From Azolla caroliniana (lineage: Eukaryota > Plantae > Polypodiophyta), in contig JBHGNT010000244.1 in NCBI GenBank assembly GCA_043228905.1, positions 1-45,656 on the forward strand: DNA of 45,656 bases, read 5' to 3'. A program made the translations under genes and the position numbers. This document shows, piece by piece, positions 1 to 11,350 of this stretch. The notes under the pieces are model-generated. The model was given only the letters and a program-made list of their open reading frames with translations. It ran no database searches and was not told the origin of the DNA. The first letter of the stretch is position 1; every line of letters begins with the position of its first letter.

Positions 1-2837
1 GCAATTAAATACAATTGCAAACACATGGAAGGAGAATTTATTTTGGCAGGCAAGGTGTAGATGAGCTTCTAAATTTTGGAATCGAGCAAGTAATAGAAAC
101 CCTAAAGGTGGGTGTTGATCACATGGCTTTACATGACGGTATGTTCATACATGTTGGAATCATGGATCTCGGCATACAAAATGACCCCTGTACCATAATG
201 CTTTGATTGAGTTTTACGTTGAATATGGAAAATAGAGGATGCTTGGTCATTGTAAATGTGGAGGTATATTGGATGCATGTGATGGATGACCCAAAGATGG
301 TATCTCGATATGTTGAATATGAACATGATGAGGAAGATTGATTTGGTTTGAACATATGCAAATTCATGGTATGTTTCAACTATTGAGGAAGTGTTCAATC
401 AAGTTTATCAAAAGAAGGATTCATGGCTAGCTATTGTCTTACACAATACGGGTTGGGGAAGGATAATCATCTCCTATCTATCATTTTGTATTTTGTAGCT
501 AATATGGGTTTTTAAACTAATGGAAGGATATGTTTTCTAAAAATTAAAATAAAAAAGAAAAAAGAAAAGAAAGAAAGCACTAAACCCTAAATTTCAGAGG
601 TAGAATATTATATCTTTGATTTTTTCTCTCCTCAAGCCTCCATATATTTTGGAGGCAAGCTTTTAAAAGTTCTCCATGTCATGGATGGTCATGCGTAGAT
701 CATGAATGGATCATGCATTGGTCATGTAGAGAAAAAAAACACAAACTTTTTAAAAGTTTGTTAATATCAGCGAAATGTTTGCCAACTTAATTGAAATGTT
801 CACCTAAGACTTTCATACCAAAAGAATATACCCCACCTAGAAGACATATGGTCATGTCTAAACAAGCACATGTATTTGTCATATATGGAAGTACTAATCA
901 AGACAAGAGATGTAATATCATGAATAACTTGATAGATTGATATATGCATAAAGAAAAGTGGGACTAAAGACAAAAGGACCATATGGCTTGAACACACGAT
1001 AAATCCACACAAAGGCTAGCATGGTGGTCTAACTAGTATCAACTCGATTTCGATATATCTCCTATACTAGTGATGCAAATTCACAAAATGTGTAGAATGA
1101 TAATTAACTAGGGGCATTAAAATGAGAGATCGATGCATGATTAAGTATGTTGTATCTCAAATACAACAATTTCACAATGTAGACGAGAATAATTGATCCT
1201 TGATAGAAGTAAGAACTAGGCATTTGTTAGTTTAATTATTATCAAAATTAGGTTGTGTAGCACATTGGATTATCGCGTTGGACTTTGTGTCCAAAGTTTG
1301 TGGCTTCATAGAATCTATGCAATATTTCACTTTCTTTTGAACTTCCAAGAAGGCCTGAATATTCACGGATTATTATACGATAATCTTTAATTCGGCTCAG
1401 ATTGCAGAAACAATTGAATGTTGGAATTTTGAAATTCCGCTGGTAAAATTCAGAAGGATCATGCAAGAAGGCAATATCATCTTCTGGCCATAATCCGTGA
1501 ATCCAACAAAGCAAAGCAACACTTTTCAATTCACTTTTAAGCAGTCGTTTAAGTGGCAATCTTGATGAATCACTAGCAAGAAGATGCTTTGCATTTTTCT
1601 TTGGGAAATTAGCTTTATATGCGAAGCTTGCTTGGGACTATGGATGGTTGGCTCTGGGCCATCCCATCTAACCTTGCCTCCAAAACAATGTATCCCATAT
1701 ACTAATGATATACTGCCTTGTAGAGACATCCATTGATCGAAGTCTTGATAAGATGTTTCCTTTAAGAACCAAAGTTAGGGAGTCTTCATTAGATGCTTCT
1801 AAATTACAAGTTGGACATATATCTTGGAGAGTATGCTTACTGGTCATGTCTTCTAAAGATGTTCATAGTCACACTACCCTTAGGCAAGCTCCCTAACATT
1901 CAACTTCATCATTTGTCAAAAAAACTCCAACTTGAGTGGATCCATCTACTGGGTAAGAAAATGAAAGTTGCTAGGATTGCATCTCAACAACTTGTGGGAT
2001 TAATCAACCCCGCACATCATTAATGTCATGAAAGACCTCCAGAACTTTCACAAAGTATGAGCACCATGAGTGGTTTTAAAAAGAAGAAGCTCAATGAGGA
2101 TGCAAAAGAGATAATCTAAATGGATAGAAGCTTGATGAATAAACCAAGTAAGGATGGGTATTTCTACATTCCCTAACTTAAGAGTGGTTGGATGGATGTA
2201 GGACTCCATAAATTGCTTCTATATCAGCTTATGTGTTGTAAATATCAACTATCAACTCATCGTTATACCAAAGGAATCCTTGTTTGTAAATGCCCCTAAT
2301 GGGGAGGGATTCAACCTCTTTGTCAAGAATGAATTAAAGATGGAAAATGAGATCAACTAATTCCGAGTGCAATAAATGATACAGATGAATAAAGATGTGG
2401 TGTGTTTCATTAGAATCATACTACCCCAAATGAATTGCTACTCAGTGAAGGAGGTTCCTCTAGATACAACCACCATTCTCTCTCTACTCTCCCCCCTCCC
2501 CCCCCCCCCCCCCCTCTCTCTTATTTCTCGAATCTCCACGCACATTTGATCCATCCATCCAAAGAAAATGGCTGGCTGGCTCTTTGGTATAATACTATAC
2601 ATATTTATATTCATTCACACATAAAGACTACACTACATATACGATCGTAACTCATAACAATTGTAATCCTAACAACGTGCATATATTCATACATCTATAA
2701 GATTTGCTTGTACCTCCTCCGGAGTCCGATTCTTCCATAAAACAAGCAAAGAACTAGAGACAAAATGAAACAGGGGAGCTTATTTGACCAGATCACGGAG
2801 TATCTATCATGCGTTTTCTTTTAACACATACATTGTT

Positions 2838-2862
2838 ACACACACACACACACAGACATACA

Positions 2863-2928
<66 letters not shown>
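2838..2928. repeat. (CA)n/(GA)n microsatellite immediately upstream of the metacaspase ATG
   Basis: Directly visible CA run followed by about 31 GA units ending ~14 bp before the ATG. Confidence 0.95.
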
Positions 2929-2932
<4 letters not shown>

Positions 2933-2942
2933 GTAAGTAGTC

Positions 2943-4843
2943 ATGGCGAAGAGAGCTGTGTTAGTAGGGTGCAACTACCCTGGAACCAAAGCTGAGCTCC
3001 ATGGTTGCATTAACGATGTCAATCGCATCCATAGGACGCTCATCCAACGGTTCGGATTTGCTGAATCCGACATCACCATCCTCATTGATACTGATCGTCA
3101 ACACAGGCAACCTACGGGTGCCAACATCAAGAGATCTCTCCATAACCTTGTTTCCGAGGCTCGACCAGGGGATGTCCTCTTCTTCCACTATAGTGGCCAT
3201 GGTGTACGCTTGCCAGCTGAGACCGGAGAGGACGATGACACCGGTTATGATGAATGCATTGTGCCGTGCGATATGAACCTTATTACTGGTAACTCTAACC
3301 TCTATACGTACCTTGATTGATGTGCCGTGCAATATGAAACTTATTACCCATATGTACCAATATGAACCTTGATTGATGTGTGTATTTCTGTACCAACCGA
3401 TAGATGTAGGTATGGCTGGTTTTGATTTAACATCCAAGGACATCAACAAGATTGATGCAGATACGGTTGGTTTGGATCCAAATGTTCATGGATGCCAAAT
3501 ATGATCAACTGGATGGAAGGATATGTAGGTCCTATTAATTAAAGTCTGTGGAGGCCAAATATGATTGATGGATACATAGATAGATTTAACTAATTTCGTC
3601 AATATGATGGATGGATAGTCATATAGATCTGTCAATGTCCTTGGATGCTAAATCAAAACTAGATGCTATTAAATGATCATGAGAGTGAAGCAGTTACACA
3701 ACATGAAGTGGAATGTTATAAATAAGGTCTATTAACAAGGTGAAATAGAGAGGGGATTATGCCCAGGATAATATAGAACAAGTACATATCGCAGATAGTT
3801 CATCCAAGAGCGCACTCCTCCTCTAGCCTTATACTTGCTTAATTTATTGTCAGTTACTGATTAATGTTTGTTAATCACATGATTAGGTGATCACGCCATG
3901 ATATTGATCTTGAAATGTGGAAAATGCAGATGACGATTTCCGAGAAATAGTTGATGAAGTTCCACAAGGTGTTACATTTACCTTAATATCGGATTCATGC
4001 CACAGTGGTGGGCTTATTAATAATGCCAAAGAGCAGATTGGAGAAAGTACAGGTCAGAACCGAGAAGATGAACATGCTGTGAAGCAAGGTGGATTTAGAG
4101 AGGGACTTAGACATTTCTTGTCTGATAAAATACACGGGGCACTTCATGATCGTGGAATTGATATCAATCTCAGACATGAGCATAGGAGGTATAAAGACCA
4201 GGATGAATATTACCAGAATGTGGCATACGATGGAGAAGGATATGTGAAGAGTAGAGCTCTTCCAATATCAACGTTCATTGAGATGTTGAAACAAGAATCG
4301 GGGAAAGAGGATGTTGATGTGGGGTCGATTCGCCCCACACTTTTTGACATGTTTGGTGCGGATTCCAGCTCGAAAGTCAAGAAATTTGTCAAAGTTTTGT
4401 TACAAGGCATATACAATGGTAATGGTGGAAGTGGCCATCATGGTTTGGTTGGTGCAGTGGGGGCTTTAGCTCAACAATTCCTTAAAACCAAGCTTGACCA
4501 AGTCGAGGATTCTGATCAATATTTTAAACCGGCTTTAGATACCCCTGTGTCTGATAAGACTGAAGCTTTTGCGGGGTCTGATGCCCAAAGAGATATGGGA
4601 ATACTTGTTAGTGGTTGTCAATCTCACGAGACTTCTGCTGATGCCAACCCAAGTGGTAATGCACAAGATGCTTATGGTGCTATGAGTAATGCACTCCAAA
4701 TTGTGCTTGCCCGAAGGGATGGGCCGATAACAAACTATCAACTTGTCACTGAAGCTAGAAGGCTTCTAAAAGCCCAAGGATTTTCGCAGCATCCGGGTCT
4801 TTATTGTACTGATGAAAACGTGCACGCAACTTTTATTTGCTGA
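2943..4843 (+). CDS. Type II metacaspase; exons 2943-3288 and 3930-4843 (419 aa)
   Basis: Exon 1 reads [26 protein letters not shown]...FFHYSGHG (catalytic His). Exon 2 has ISDSCHSGG (catalytic Cys), a long linker and a p10 region ([15 protein letters not shown]...QHPGLYC). A phase-1 GT..AG intron at 3289-3929 restores the conserved NLIT-DDDFR. Spliced length is 1260 nt, in frame. There is no N-terminal zinc-finger prodomain, hence type II. Confidence 0.96.
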
Positions 4844-4850
4844 AAGGAAA

Positions 4851-4953
4851 ACATTCTATGGGTTCAATTCCTACCAAGTTTTGAAAATAAGTTGCTTTAG
4901 CTACATTCTATGGGCTCTTTTCCTACCTCCGTTTTGGAAATAAGTTGTTTTAG
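4851..4953 (+). repeat. ~52-bp tandem duplication in the metacaspase 3' UTR
   Basis: acattctatggg...ttcctacc...gtttt(g/gg)aaataagttg(c/t)tttag occurs twice in tandem. Confidence 0.85.
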
Positions 4954-5650
4954 GTCCATTTAGCTTGAGCAACCCTTTTAGTTTGTAATACAATTGCACA
5001 ACTGCGACCTATCTATCTATCTCCATAGATCCATAGATCCATCTATCTATCTATATAAAGAATACCACTATGGTGCGATATATCCATATTTTATTTGCAA
5101 AGTGTATGTTTAATAAACATATTTATGATTTTGTAACTGAAATGTCATCTTATCAATTCATCATGATTATGATGTATTTGTTTTGCAAGAAATGATTAGT
5201 TTGGGTAGGCTTGAAATTATAGAATGGGAACAAGAAAAAATAAATTTGATGTTATGTAGATCTCGTAGTTTTTTATTTACTTGGGGATGACCTTGCAACT
5301 CCAAGAGTATTTTCGGCACCTTCAAACTCTAGGGAAAATTTCTCTATTGAATTAAGACAAATATATTATTTAATTAGTTTAGTAAAAAGGTGTTACACTT
5401 GACTAGAGAAGACATGATGGATTGAAATCTACAATTGAAGGGAAGGAAGATGTGATCATGACAAGGTGGAAAGGTGTTCTCTTGAAAGAAACACCAAAAA
5501 TTCACAAATGCATTCTAATACCATGGATATGTTAGATGCAAAGGAGGAATATGATATTGAAAAAAAGGGAGGATAATATTGTTATTAGAGGTATGCAAGA
5601 GAATGAAATAGTGAATGCATTCTCTCGTAGAGAGTATTACGAAATTTCTT

Positions 5651-6294
5651 TGAAGATCACTTTGCTATGTGAGATGTTATTGTATATGCGTGTGATCTTC
5701 AAAGAAATTTCGTGAGGGGGTGCAGAGATTAAGAAGACAGGAATAACAGAAGACTGAAAACCAAAGTATAGAGACACAAGATTTTTACGTGGAAACCCAA
5801 AAGGGAAAAACCATGGAACTTCACAGACTCCAAATAAATCACAATCTGTAACAGGAATGTACAAATAAGAATCTCAAGACAACAACCTTGAGTTCTTCTT
5901 CGTCTTACAACAATTACAGAGGAGTCACACACACTCTCTCTGTCTCCTCTCTTACACCCAGGCTTGTGATACACTCATCAACACCCTCAACAACAACTAC
6001 TATTCAACTAAAAAAAATGACTCCTTAATGATTTGCCCTAATTGTATTTATACTGATATACATATATGACTACAAATATGGCCCAATCAGATTCGGTCGA
6101 TTTGGTTATTAGGTGAATCGGTTATCGGTTAGTCGATTCGGCTTATCTCATTAGTCGGTGCTAAATCGACTCCTAATGCAATATCCGAATTTCGAATCGG
6201 ACAAGCCGACTATCATCTGACTCTTCGGTCGATTGGCTTCAGGATGATCCGACTGGTGTTAGAACCGGCCGTCAGGTGCGAAACAATCTCAACA
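5651..6294 (-). mobile_element. Probable Copia solo LTR (left boundary uncertain)
   Basis: Ends in ...tctcaaca. Contains acgtggaaacccaaaagggaaaaacca, which resembles acgtggaaaaccctgagagggaaaaacca in the Copia LTR at ~29007. Has a minus-strand TATA (tatttata). Candidate flanks ttctt/ctctt differ by 1 nt. Confidence 0.55.
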
Positions 6295-6299
6295 CTCTT

Positions 6300-7050
6300 T
6301 GAGATGAAGATCCTTAGAGTTTACAAAGAAACAAATTTATAACAATAGGCAACTGAAACATAGGACAATATCAACAATCGTGGAACAAAGAAAGAGAGAC
6401 AACAGAGTAGGCACAAGTAAGATGTAACTGTATTATTCTCAGAGAGTTACAATAACGCAATGTACAAATGAACAACCTTAAACTAGGTTACAAAAGTAAG
6501 TTTGAATACTAACCGAGTTAGGGCAAGTGCCCTCTCCACTATTTACGTGAATAGCCTAAACCTAGAATGTCCAAATGGGACAATGTGAATATGGCCATTA
6601 TATACCCATATTCGATACTCCCCTGTAATGGGCGTATACAACAAAAATCTGTAATAAAAGAAATGAACAAAAAATACAGATTTATACAAGGTTGTCGAAC
6701 AAGTCGGCTTTGTTTGAGTTGACAGAATCCGAGAACAGAAGGCTGGGTCGACCGGGGTCAGATGAGCTGAAGCCGAGCCTCAGAACTATCGATGCTGATT
6801 GTTTGAAACCATCCTGAATGTTTGACTTAATCAGACAGATTCTTCTTTATGCCTATTTGGTGCCGAAGGGATCAGAATCGATCCACTGGAAGACACTTGG
6901 TCATCCCATCTGCGACATTATCGATTGTAGGTATCTTCTCGAGGTTGATTTTCCCTGAAATGACGTAGTCCCAAACAAAGTGATATCCCACATCAATGTG
7001 CTTTGAGGCGTTGTGCTGAACTGGAATTTTCAACAAAGCGATAACACCCT
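6300..7050 (-). mobile_element. Truncated Copia 3' end (RNase H + PPT + 3' LTR)
   Basis: Minus-strand translation of ~7048-6880 gives GVIALLKIPVQHNASKHIDVGYHFVWDYVISGKINLEKIPTIDNVADGMTK (Copia RNase H). A PPT-like aggggag lies next to an LTR-like segment at ~6300-6617. Confidence 0.75.
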
Positions 7051-8189
7051 AACTGTCATTGTAGACAATTGGACTCCATTTGTAATGTAAATGTCACTAT
7101 CTATGTGGATCCGAAGGTTGAATGTTAGCATGGAAGACAAGTAAGCAATATCCTGGCTCACATCAAATAAATTGCTTGAGTTTAGGGTAATATGTGGCAG
7201 CCAATAGAGACCATGACTTCTCGATATTGATTTATCATTAAAATCCTGATCATCACCAAACATTCTTCTGATGTGCACTCCAATATGAGAGATTGCATCC
7301 TAAGGCCCATGGATTAGATGATCACTCTATTTATTTCCTGCATAGAAATTCAAGCCAATCAGAAAAAGTAAAGAGGCTTTTCCCTTCCATCCTTCCTTCA
7401 TTCCTTCCCATCTCGTCTCATCTTTCCTAGATGAAACTTTACTCTCGAATGCCACATCCTCTATATCTTCATGGACTGCTACAAATGCTTTTCGAAGCTT
7501 CTATTAGTTTATGTCGAATCCCAAGGAAGTCCTTATGGATCTCTGCCCGCTCAGCCTCGGGGGTTTGAAATGGGCTTGATCGTGAGGAAATGGGGCATGG
7601 CTTTGAGGAAATGCTCTAGGGTCTTAGCCTGACCATTCTTGAAGCTAAGGGAACTTTTGAGTGCAGGAGAAGAAGCAAATGGGGAAGAAGAAGGGGAAGG
7701 CAGTCATGAGATCTCCATTGGAGACTGGCTTACCCAGAGAGTCCACCCACAACACCACACTCTATAACGCAGAGATTAACAGACATGTAAAGAGGGAGAG
7801 TGAGGGATAGACTTCCTCTAAAGGGAGGGTCAGTTGTTCAGGTGTGCCAATGTGAGGGAGAGAGAGAGGGAAAGAGAAATAATGAAACACAAAGTGAGAG
7901 GGAAAAAAATCTATATTCCATTATGCCCCATGGGTGGGGTTTATATAGTACAAGAGGTAACCGTTACAAATAAAGAATGAGACAAGTAGGGAGTTACATT
8001 ACGTACCCACTTTCTCACCTTTGTACACATGCACACAAATGTGCATGTGTTCATACATATACTCATCCCCACACACATTTATATTACACATTACACACCA
8101 TACACATTACACCTGAACCCTCCTGTACACCTATACGGGTAACACCTTCTTGCAAACATGGGAAACTAACCATGTCTCACGATTGACAA

Positions 8190-9297
8190 AAGTAGAGGCC
8201 AAGCATTCAAAAATCACGGAGTTCGGCAGGACCTTGGAAGGTCCAGCAACGAGGTGGCATGCAAAGCATCTTCCAGTAGATTTGCTACGTTCGATGCCAT
8301 GAAGGAAATCTTTTTACAATGTCGGTGGAATAGAGGGAGCTGGTCAGACAATTTTACACAACCTATCAAGAACCTAACGAGACGATTCCACAGTTCATCA
8401 TTTGCTTCTAGACGGTGCACAACTAGCTAACCAGAGCACCCCTGGAGGATGAGGCGAAAGCAATATTTTTGGCTACGCTCCGGGACCCTCTTCGGACGAT
8501 GCTAGCAATGTTGGATTTTCGGACCAACACTATCGATCAAGTTATCGACCGTGTATTGGAAATGGACAAGAACAATAATTACATGTCGATGGGGACTCTC
8601 CAACGAGTGCTTCCTAAAGAGGAGCTACGATTTCGACAGGCAGTGGAATGCACAACATGCCTCAAGTTCGGACACTCCACATTAGAATGCACAATGTAGG
8701 CTCAGTGCATGCTGTGCCACTCCCGGTCACACACTATGGAATGGTGCGAGTACAATTTGTTAAATCGGCAAGTGGCACTGGTCCAACATATTATGCCCCG
8801 AAGTGAGCAACGACCGGATGAGGAACATATCCGGATGGGATGAACGATATCGATCAAAATGAGGGGACTTGTATGAGGACAGACGAAGACACCTACGACC
8901 AAGATCGCTACGAGCGTGATAAGGGTACCGCAATCACTAACGCAATAAGAACAACTGTAGGGGGAATTTTCGCTGAGATGAGCGTCGGGAACAAGCCCGA
9001 GAATACCGTCGGGAGCCAGATATAAACATGGCCACCACACAATCAGAGTAGAGGAGGCCGGAAGAGAATAACCAGATGAATTCCGGTAGGCAGACGGGTT
9101 GTATGGAAAATGGGGAATAGAGCAACATCCGAAAAGTGTAACTGCTCCTATTGTTGAAAGGACGACCATTACAGTAGCCAGTGCCCGGTCAAGGCTAACG
9201 AGAAACAGCCGGCAGTAAACATGGTGACAACGGAAGTTACGAAGGTTCAACAAGTCACTACTAGGTCCAAAGGGAAAGCTGTAGAGTGGGAGACTCA
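8190..9297 (+). mobile_element. Degenerate Ty3/Gypsy-like gag fragment
   Basis: Gag-like helical region followed by CCHC knuckles CTTCLKFGHSTLEC, CMLCHSRSHTMEWC and CSYC*KDDHYSSQC, then VTTRSKGK. Contains stops and frameshifts. An LTR-like segment precedes it (~7787-8188). Confidence 0.7.
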
Positions 9298-9542
9298 GTG
9301 CTTAGTCGGTCCATGGCATTGGTCGGGTGAATCTATCAGGTTCATTCACATGGTACGCGTACGATGGATGGTCGTGGTTGACATGGATTATTGGAAATTT
9401 AGAGAGAGAGAGAGAGAGAGAGAGAGAGGTGGAACAAAATATGTTATATGTAGATGGTGGTATTATGGCATATGCCATGATCCCAAGTTAAAGAGAAAGA
9501 AAGAAGTGTGTGGCTTCAAAACGCCTTCCAATCACAAACTCT

Positions 9543-9550
9543 GGATAAGG
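9543..9550 (+). promoter_or_regulatory. I-box-like motif (GGATAAGG) upstream of the ATP synthase b' gene
   Basis: GATAAG core ~190 bp upstream of the ATG of a photosynthetic nuclear gene. The motif is short, so it could be chance. Confidence 0.4.
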
Positions 9551-9732
9551 AGGCATGCATCATTCGTTGATCTATCTTTTGAAGGGTGCTCCCTTGTTGG
9601 GTCTCAACCTGCATCTTCTTCTTCTTCTTCTTCTTCTGCTCTGCTCTGCTCTGCCTCTGCCTCTGCCTCTGCCTCTGCGCCTGCGTGTGTGTTAATCAGG
9701 AGGTAGAGCGATCCGCGACTAGCTACAAAGCT

Positions 9733-9877
9733 ATGGAGGGTCTTGTGAGCTCTAGAGCAGTGTGCTTCGCCACAACACCCACATCCTCATCAATCATATC
9801 CAATTCCTCTTGCCTCATGTGCCGCCTTCCATCCATCAGAAGATGCGGTAGCCTCCGTGGATCGATCAAGGTGCGTG

Positions 9878-9923
<46 letters not shown>

Positions 9924-10548
9924 GGGGGCCAAATCAGCTGTTGAGCAGCAGGCCGAAACTAACATCTGCATCACGACCCTCATGAACAGAGTAAGAAGCA
10001 TGACCTCGTCCATTGCCAAAAACCCCACACTCCGCAATGCCACTTTCTTGGCCATGAATGCTCTAATGGCTGCTGCCCCTGCCCTTGCCGAAGAAGTTGC
10101 TGAAGCTGAGGAGAAAGGTAAGATTTTCGACTTTAACCTCACGTTACCCATCATCGCAATCGAGTTCTTGCTCCTCATGGTCACGCTGGACAACATTTGG
10201 TTCAAGCCTGTGGCCAAGGTCATGGATGAGAGGGACGAAGCTATCCGGAAGAAGCTTGTGGGTGTGAGAGACAATTCAGGTGAGATCAAGCAACTTCAGG
10301 ATGAGGCGGAGGCTATCTTGAGGGCAGCTCGAGCAGAGACGACGGCGGAGCTCAACAAGATGAAGAGAGAGACGGCGGCCGAGCTTGATGGCAAGTTGCA
10401 AGAATCTCGCGATAGGATTGAGAAGGAGTTGGCAGATGCCCTTGTGAACCTCGAGATCCAGAAGCAAGAAACCCTCAAAAGCTTGGACAAGCAAGTTCAA
10501 GAACTCAGTGAGCAAATTGTCTCTAAGGTCATCCCTTTCTCCACATAA
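9733..10548 (+). CDS. ATPG: Chloroplast ATP synthase CF0 subunit b' (subunit II) precursor, nuclear-encoded, intronless, 271 aa
   Basis: Ser/Arg-rich transit peptide, then a hydrophobic signal ending APALA|EE. Mature region KIFDFNLTLPIIAIEFLLLMVTLDNIWFKPVAKVMDERDEAIRKKL is followed by a coiled coil ending LSEQIVSKVIP. ATG at 9733 is the first in-frame ATG. Confidence 0.95.
9879..9923 (+). repeat. (TCA)n trinucleotide repeat encoding poly-Ser in the transit peptide
   Basis: About 15 consecutive Ser codons visible in frame. Confidence 0.95.
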
Positions 10549-11023
10549 CGATGAGAGAGAGTGAGAGACAGAGAGAGACAGAGAGACAAACACACAAGCC
10601 TGATGTGCCTAGTCTTGCGTTTTCAAGCCTTCTTTTTTAATGTCCTCTGAAATCCGTTTATGGATTTTGATTTGGGGCCTTTCCATGGCTTCCTCTTGTA
10701 TTCCATTCTTACCTGTTAATGTAATCATCTCCCATTTTAATTATAAATATATATATATCTTCCAATACATAATATTTATGATATGCTATTCTTGCAATCA
10801 TGGAAGATCGATGGCCTCTTACGACTTTTGGACATTTTCTACCATTGCAAACATGTATGTATTAGCTAACATATACTGATGTACATTTGGTTTCACCACT
10901 TAGTACTTTGTTTATCATGTCTGCATAATATTCAGTTTCCATTACTGTACCTCCATAAATGGCTAGTCTTGCCGTGACCTTATCTCAGGTTGTCAAATTA
11001 GAGACTTCTTAAGTACCAGTAGC

Positions 11024-11077
11024 AGAGCACTCATCCTGATGTGGGCTTGCTACTTAGACGCTTTCAGCAGTTATCCA
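11024..11077 (-). other. Plastid 23S rRNA fragment (NUPT), ~54 bp
   Basis: The reverse complement ggataactgctgaaagcgtctaagtagcaagcccacatcaggatgagtgctct closely resembles the conserved 3' region of chloroplast 23S rRNA as I recall it (GGATAACTGCTGAAAGCATCTAAGTAGTAAGCCCACCCCAAGATGAGTGCTC). The flanks are not rRNA. Confidence 0.85.
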
Positions 11078-11350
11078 CAAGCTATGCATATATCACTTAA
11101 ATATGGTATAGTATTCCTTGGTTATGTTCCTGTTGCAACTACTTTTTATTGTATAGGACATAATCTATATTACCAGCTCCTAAGGTAATGAAAAATTAAT
11201 CCATCAACGACTTCATTTCAGGACGTGGCCTGTTCATATTCTATGTATAAAATCTTTGCTAGGTGTTATAAGTTAAAAAGATTGGTCTTTTGAGATACTA
11301 GGATTTGTCATTGACCTCCTACAATCAAATCAATCACAGCGACTGCATGA

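Noticed and set aside
1-2400. Short ORFs and coding-like composition, possibly an old transposon
   Set aside because: No motif I could recognise in any frame, and stops are frequent.
2489-2514. Poly-C tract giving a poly-Pro ORF (2435-2650)
   Set aside because: Simple homopolymer; the ORF has a non-ATG start and no other support.
9586-9732. N-terminal extension of the 320-aa ORF (FFFFF/CLCLCL)
   Set aside because: Starts at GTG and translates CT-rich 5' UTR microsatellites; the real start is ATG 9733.
9723-10593. Antisense ORFs (188 aa with poly-Asp, 105 aa)
   Set aside because: Shadows of the ATP synthase b' CDS and its TCA repeat.
11024-11077. Functional rRNA gene
   Set aside because: Only ~54 bp match; the flanks are not rRNA.
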